DNA from: Anaeromyxobacter sp.
Lineage (GTDB): Bacteria > Myxococcota > Myxococcia > Myxococcales > Anaeromyxobacteraceae
Reading direction: 5' to 3'
Assembly: GCA_025360965.1 (NCBI GenBank)
Contig: JANYBC010000066.1
Span: 16,594-80,593, forward strand
DNA: 64,000 nucleotides
Shown: positions 60,446 through 64,000 of the stretch, piece by piece
Position numbering within the stretch: the first letter of the stretch is position 1
How the letters are laid out: each line of letters opens with the position of its first letter
Translations under genes and position numbers: made by a program
Notes under the pieces: model-generated
Seen by the model: the letters and a program-made list of their open reading frames with translations, nothing else
Databases searched by the model: none
Told to the model about the DNA's origin: nothing

Positions 60446-61006
60446 GTGCCTGACGGTCCTGCCCCGCCGGTCGACTTCGACGAGCTGCAGCGCCGGCTCG
60501 ACGAGGTCGAGGCCCAGCTGGGCGAGGCCCCACGCGGCGGTGACCGGCGGCGCGCCCTGATGGCGGAGCGGGCGCGCGCCCTGGCCGCCCCGCGGGAGGC
60601 GGTGAGCGAGGACGCCCTGCCGCTGCTCGTCTTCACGCTCGGTGGAGTGAGCCACGCCGTCGAGGTGGAGGCCGTGGTCCAGGTGCTGGAGGCGCGCGGG
60701 CTGCAGCGGCTGGTGGCCACGCCCCCGTGGCTGCTCGGGGCGCTGGTGGCCCGCGGCCGGGTGGTCCCGGTGCTCGACCTGCGGCGGCGGCTCGGCCTGG
60801 CTCGCGGGCTGGGCGACCTCGGCAAGGTACTGGTGGTGGAGCACGACGGCGAGCTGGTCGGGATCGCCGTCGAGGGGCTGGAGGGGCGGCGCGACGTGGC
60901 GAGGCGCACGCTGAGCGAGGCGGCCTCCCCCCTGCGCTGGCGAGGCGCCGACGGCCTGGCCGTGCTCGAGCTCTCGGCGCTGCTGGCGCCGCGGGGCCTG
61001 GGGTAG
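60446..61006 (+). CDS. cheW: CheW-like coupling protein
   Basis: 186 aa with a GTG start and a CheW fold (LLVFTLGGVSHAVEVEAV...VPVLDLRRRLGL...VLVVEHDGELVGIAVEG). Confidence 0.8.
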   Translation: MPDGPAPPVDFDELQRRLDEVEAQLGEAPRGGDRRRALMAERARALAAPREAVSEDALPLLVFTLGGVSHAVEVEAVVQVLEARGLQRLVATPPWLLGALVARGRVVPVLDLRRRLGLARGLGDLGKVLVVEHDGELVGIAVEGLEGRRDVARRTLSEAASPLRWRGADGLAVLELSALLAPRGLG

Positions 61007-61009
61007 CGC

Positions 61010-63490
61010 ATGGACCCCGGGCTGCTGCGCCAGGTCTGGCCCATCTTCTCGGTCGAGGCGCGGGAGCAGCTCGCCGTGATCGGCGGTGGCCTGCTCCAGC
61101 TGGAGGCCGCACCGGGGCGGGTGGCGCTGCTCGACCCGGTGCGCCGCACCGCCCACAGCCTCAAGGGCGCGGCCGCCAGCCTCGGGCTCACCGCCGTGGA
61201 GCGGCTGGCCCACGCCCTGGAGGGCGCCCTGGCCGGCTACGATCCGGGCGAGGGGCTGCGCGCCGAGGTGGTGCTGGCCTCCCTCGACGCGCTCGAGGCG
61301 ATCGAGGAGGCGCTGGTGGCCGGCGACGCCGGGCGTCCCCCCGAGGTGGCCGGTCTGGAGCCGCTGCTGTCGGCGCTGGCGTCGGTCTCCGGGGTCGGGC
61401 GCCCCCGCCTCGTCGGCGCCCGCCCGGCGCCGGTGATGCCCGCGCCGCCCGCGCCGGAGCGGACCCCGTCGCCGTCGCTGCTCGAGCCGCTCGAGGCGAT
61501 GGAACGAGACCTGGCCAGGCTGCTGGCGCCGGCCGATGAGGCCGGGCGGTCTGCGGCCCGCGCCGACGTGGAGGCGCAGGTCGAGCGCCTGCTGGAACGT
61601 ATGCCGGCCGACGTCCGGCCGCTGGCGCTGCGCGTCGCCGGAGGCGTGGGTCGGCTCGGCGCCCCCGGGCCGGCCGGCGCTCGCGCTGCCGCCGCCCTGG
61701 CCGGGGACCTGGTGGAGCTGCGCGAGCGGCTCGAGAGCGGCGTGGCGCCCCCGCCGGAGGTGGCGGTCCGCCCCGGGCCGGCGCACGGCGACCGCTCGCT
61801 CCGGGTCCTGGCCTCCACCCTCGACGGCCTCGCACATCGCGTCGAGCAGCTCCTGCTCGGCGGGGCCAGGCAGGCCCGCCGGATCCGCGAGGTCGGTGGG
61901 CTCGAGGCCTCGGCGCGCGAGGCCATGCGGCGGCTCGACCAGGCCCTCCAGGCGCTGCGCGTCACCGGCGCCGACCAGGAGCGGGCCGCCATCGAGGCGG
62001 CGCTGGCCGAGCTGCGCGGGCTGGCGTCCGGGCTGCGGAGCATGGCGCGAGAAGGGCTGAGCGAGTTTGAGCAGCAGCGGCTCACCGGGGCCCTGCTGCG
62101 CGACGACCTGCGGGCGCTGCGCATGGTGCCGGCCGCCGTCATGCTCGAGCCGCTCCGGGTGGCGGTGCGCGAGCTGAGCGGCCGGCTCGGCCGGCCGGTC
62201 GAGCTGACCCTGGACGGCGCCGAGGTCCGCATCGACCGGCGCCTGGCCGACGAGCTGCGCGACCCGCTCCTCCACCTGGTGCGCAACGCCGTGGGCCATG
62301 GCATCGAGCGGGCCGAGGTGCGCGCCGCCGCCGGCAAGCCTCCGGCGGGGCGGCTCACGGTCCGCGTCGTGCCGCGGGGCGGCCGCGTCGGCCTGGTGGT
62401 CGAGGATGACGGCGGTGGGCTCGACCTGGCCGCCATCCGGTCCCGGGCGGCCGAGCGCGGTCTGGTGGGCGACGAGCCGGAGAGCCTCTCCGACGCGGCG
62501 CTGGCGCGCCTCATCTTCACGCCGGGCTTCTCCACCGCCAGCCAGGTGACCGCGGTCTCGGGGCGCGGGGTGGGGCTCGATGTGGTGCTGGAGGCCGTGA
62601 CCCGGCTGGGCGGCGCCGTCGACGTCCGCTCCGAGCCGGGCCGCTCGACCTGCTTCGACCTCGACCTGCCGTTGACGCTCTCGGCCTCGGCCGCCATCCT
62701 GGTGCGGGTGGCCGGGGACCTGGCGGCGCTGCCGGCCGACGCCGTGGAGCGCGTGGTGCTGCTCGGGCCACGGGACCTGGCGGTCGCACCGGACGGCGCC
62801 ACGGCGCGGGTCGGCGACGCCGTGTTGCCGCTGGTCTCGCTGGCCGCGCTGCTCGGCCTGTCGGCCAGCCCGCCGCACGCCGCGCTGCAGCCGGCCCTGC
62901 TGCTGGCGGTCGGGCCGCGCCGCGCCCTGGTGACGCCCGACGAGGTGCTGGGGCAGCAGGAGCTGGTGGTCGGCTCGCTCGGGGCGGTGACGGCCGGGCT
63001 GCCGCACCTTATCGGCGCGGCCGTGCTCGACGACGGGAGGATGGTCGGCCTGCTCAACCCGGCCGAGCTGCTGCGGCGGGTCCCGGCGGCGGGGCGAGTC
63101 CCCCGGCCGAGAGGACCTCGCGTCCTGGTGGCGGACGATGCGCAGACCACCCGCTCGGCCATGAAGGGGCTCCTCGAGGAGGCCGGCTTCGAGGTGGTGG
63201 TGGCCGAGGACGGGGCCCAGGCGCTGAGGCTGGCGGCCGAGCTGGTGCCGGCGGTGGTGGTGACCGACGTCGAGATGGTGCGGGTCGGCGGCCTGGAGCT
63301 GGCGCGCCGCCTCAAGGCCGATCCGCGGCTGCGCTCGGTGCCCGTGGTGATGGTGACCTCGCTCGAGTCGCCCGAGGCGCGCGCCGCCGGGCTGGCCGCC
63401 GGGGCCGACGCCTACCTGGTGAAGCGCGAGGTGGCGCGCGACGAGCTGGTGGCGCTGCTGCGACGGCTGGCCGGGGCGGCGGAGCGGTGA
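61010..63490 (+). CDS. cheA: CheA-type hybrid histidine kinase (Hpt - HATPase - CheW - receiver)
   Basis: 826 aa with Hpt HSLKGAAASLGL, N-box HLVRNAVGHGIE, G1 DDGGGLD, G2 GRGVGLDVV, a CheW-like domain and a C-terminal receiver (VLVADD, VVTDVEM, MVTS, LVKRE). Confidence 0.9.
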   Translation: MDPGLLRQVWPIFSVEAREQLAVIGGGLLQLEAAPGRVALLDPVRRTAHSLKGAAASLGLTAVERLAHALEGALAGYDPGEGLRAEVVLASLDALEAIEEALVAGDAGRPPEVAGLEPLLSALASVSGVGRPRLVGARPAPVMPAPPAPERTPSPSLLEPLEAMERDLARLLAPADEAGRSAARADVEAQVERLLERMPADVRPLALRVAGGVGRLGAPGPAGARAAAALAGDLVELRERLESGVAPPPEVAVRPGPAHGDRSLRVLASTLDGLAHRVEQLLLGGARQARRIREVGGLEASAREAMRRLDQALQALRVTGADQERAAIEAALAELRGLASGLRSMAREGLSEFEQQRLTGALLRDDLRALRMVPAAVMLEPLRVAVRELSGRLGRPVELTLDGAEVRIDRRLADELRDPLLHLVRNAVGHGIERAEVRAAAGKPPAGRLTVRVVPRGGRVGLVVEDDGGGLDLAAIRSRAAERGLVGDEPESLSDAALARLIFTPGFSTASQVTAVSGRGVGLDVVLEAVTRLGGAVDVRSEPGRSTCFDLDLPLTLSASAAILVRVAGDLAALPADAVERVVLLGPRDLAVAPDGATARVGDAVLPLVSLAALLGLSASPPHAALQPALLLAVGPRRALVTPDEVLGQQELVVGSLGAVTAGLPHLIGAAVLDDGRMVGLLNPAELLRRVPAAGRVPRPRGPRVLVADDAQTTRSAMKGLLEEAGFEVVVAEDGAQALRLAAELVPAVVVTDVEMVRVGGLELARRLKADPRLRSVPVVMVTSLESPEARAAGLAAGADAYLVKREVARDELVALLRRLAGAAER

Positions 63491-64000
63491 TCGGCGCGGG
63501 GCCACCGGGAGAGCTCTCCGACGAGCTGGTGGCGGCCGCTGGCGAGGCGCTGGCCCGCGCGGTCGGGCTCTCGCTCTCGGCCGGGCTGCAGGGCCCGCTC
63601 GGCCTGGCGGTGAAGGCGGCGGCGCTGGAGCTGGGGATCCCGGCGGCGGCGCTGGCGGCGGCGGCCGCGGCCGGGGAGCGGCCGGCGCTCGAGCTGCTGG
63701 CCGAGCACGCCGTCATCGGCGAGACCGCGCTCTGGCGCCGCGCCGAAGGGCTGGTGGCGCTGGCCGCCGAGCTGGTCGACCGGGTGCCGCCGCTCCGGGC
63801 CTGGAGCGCCGGCTGCGCCACCGGCGAGGAGGCCTACAGCCTGGGGCTGGCGCTCCTCGACGCCGGCCGCGATCGCGAGGAGGATCGGATCCTCGGGACC
63901 GACCTCTCGGCGCGGGCGCTGGCCAGGGCCTGGGTGGGGGCCTACGGGGCGCGGGCCACGCGCAAGCTGCCCCGGGAGCTGGCGGAGCGCTGGCTGCGGC
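63487..64000 (+). CDS. second CheR-like methyltransferase, N-terminal 171 codons (runs off the right edge)
   Basis: GTG at 63487 overlaps the cheA stop (GTGA), and the frame stays open to 64000. The SAM motif AWSAGCATGEEAYSLGLALLD is nearly identical to that of CheR1. The N-terminal helical-domain motif is diverged (ETALWRRAEGL versus ETYFYRHPEQF). Confidence 0.7.
   Translation, partial: MIGAGPPGELSDELVAAAGEALARAVGLSLSAGLQGPLGLAVKAAALELGIPAAALAAAAAAGERPALELLAEHAVIGETALWRRAEGLVALAAELVDRVPPLRAWSAGCATGEEAYSLGLALLDAGRDREEDRILGTDLSARALARAWVGAYGARATRKLPRELAERWLR

Noticed and set aside
59870-63505. A 1211-aa minus-strand ORF opposite the che genes. Similar giant shadow ORFs occur at 24109-25626, 41876-44086, 44119-46080 and 14304-16484.
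   Set aside because: The cause is the same GC-driven artefact. The opposite strand carries proteins with clear catalytic motifs, while the shadow ORFs have only low-complexity Arg/Gly/Pro composition.

Overview
The window is about 64 kb of very GC-rich bacterial chromosome. By hand count it is mostly above 70 % GC. It is densely coded, with about 59 protein genes. I found no rRNA, tRNA, CRISPR array or intact mobile element. PEGA-domain and USP-domain Ser/Thr kinases, an FHA protein, a PilZ-receiver hybrid and a Che cluster suggest an Anaeromyxobacter-like Myxococcota genome; this is an inference, not a proof. The left 20 kb is an anaerobic aromatic-catabolism region. It starts with a divergent glutaryl-CoA dehydrogenase fragment. 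Next comes a complete Thauera-type benzoyl-CoA operon (had-oah-dch-bcrCBAD), followed by a double-GNAT, an SDR and a PaaI thioesterase. A decayed HNH-endonuclease gene lies in a lower-GC seam. After it comes a 9-gene minus-strand operon, iorAB-paaK-ACT-livHMGF-paaK. The rest is mostly housekeeping and signalling genes:
- trpB2 and a PilZ-REC protein
- a 71-aa biotinyl protein coupled to a crotonase, and rsgA
- a bioH-bioC-STPK-FHA-membrane protein operon
- epmA, an M28 peptidase, a PAS/GAF histidine kinase
- a CBS-CGL-rlmI operon
- yjcH-actP, two MFS transporters
- glmS and glmU flanking a GT-C glycosyltransferase
- a cheR-cheY-cheW-cheA-cheR cluster

The leads I rate highest are:
1. A four-gene signalling operon (cNMP/CBS/DUF294 nucleotidyltransferase, DEDD exonuclease, metallophosphoesterase, kinase-USP) divergent from yjcH-actP, with no established function.
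2. A class I benzoyl-CoA reductase operon with no ferredoxin gene, carrying a tandem-GNAT gene in that slot.
3. A near-identical 18-nt box shared by the bcr-operon promoter region and the ior / secreted-protein intergenic region.
4. A stand-alone biotinyl-domain protein translationally coupled to a crotonase.

All functional calls rest on motifs read by eye and on remembered family knowledge. No database search was run.
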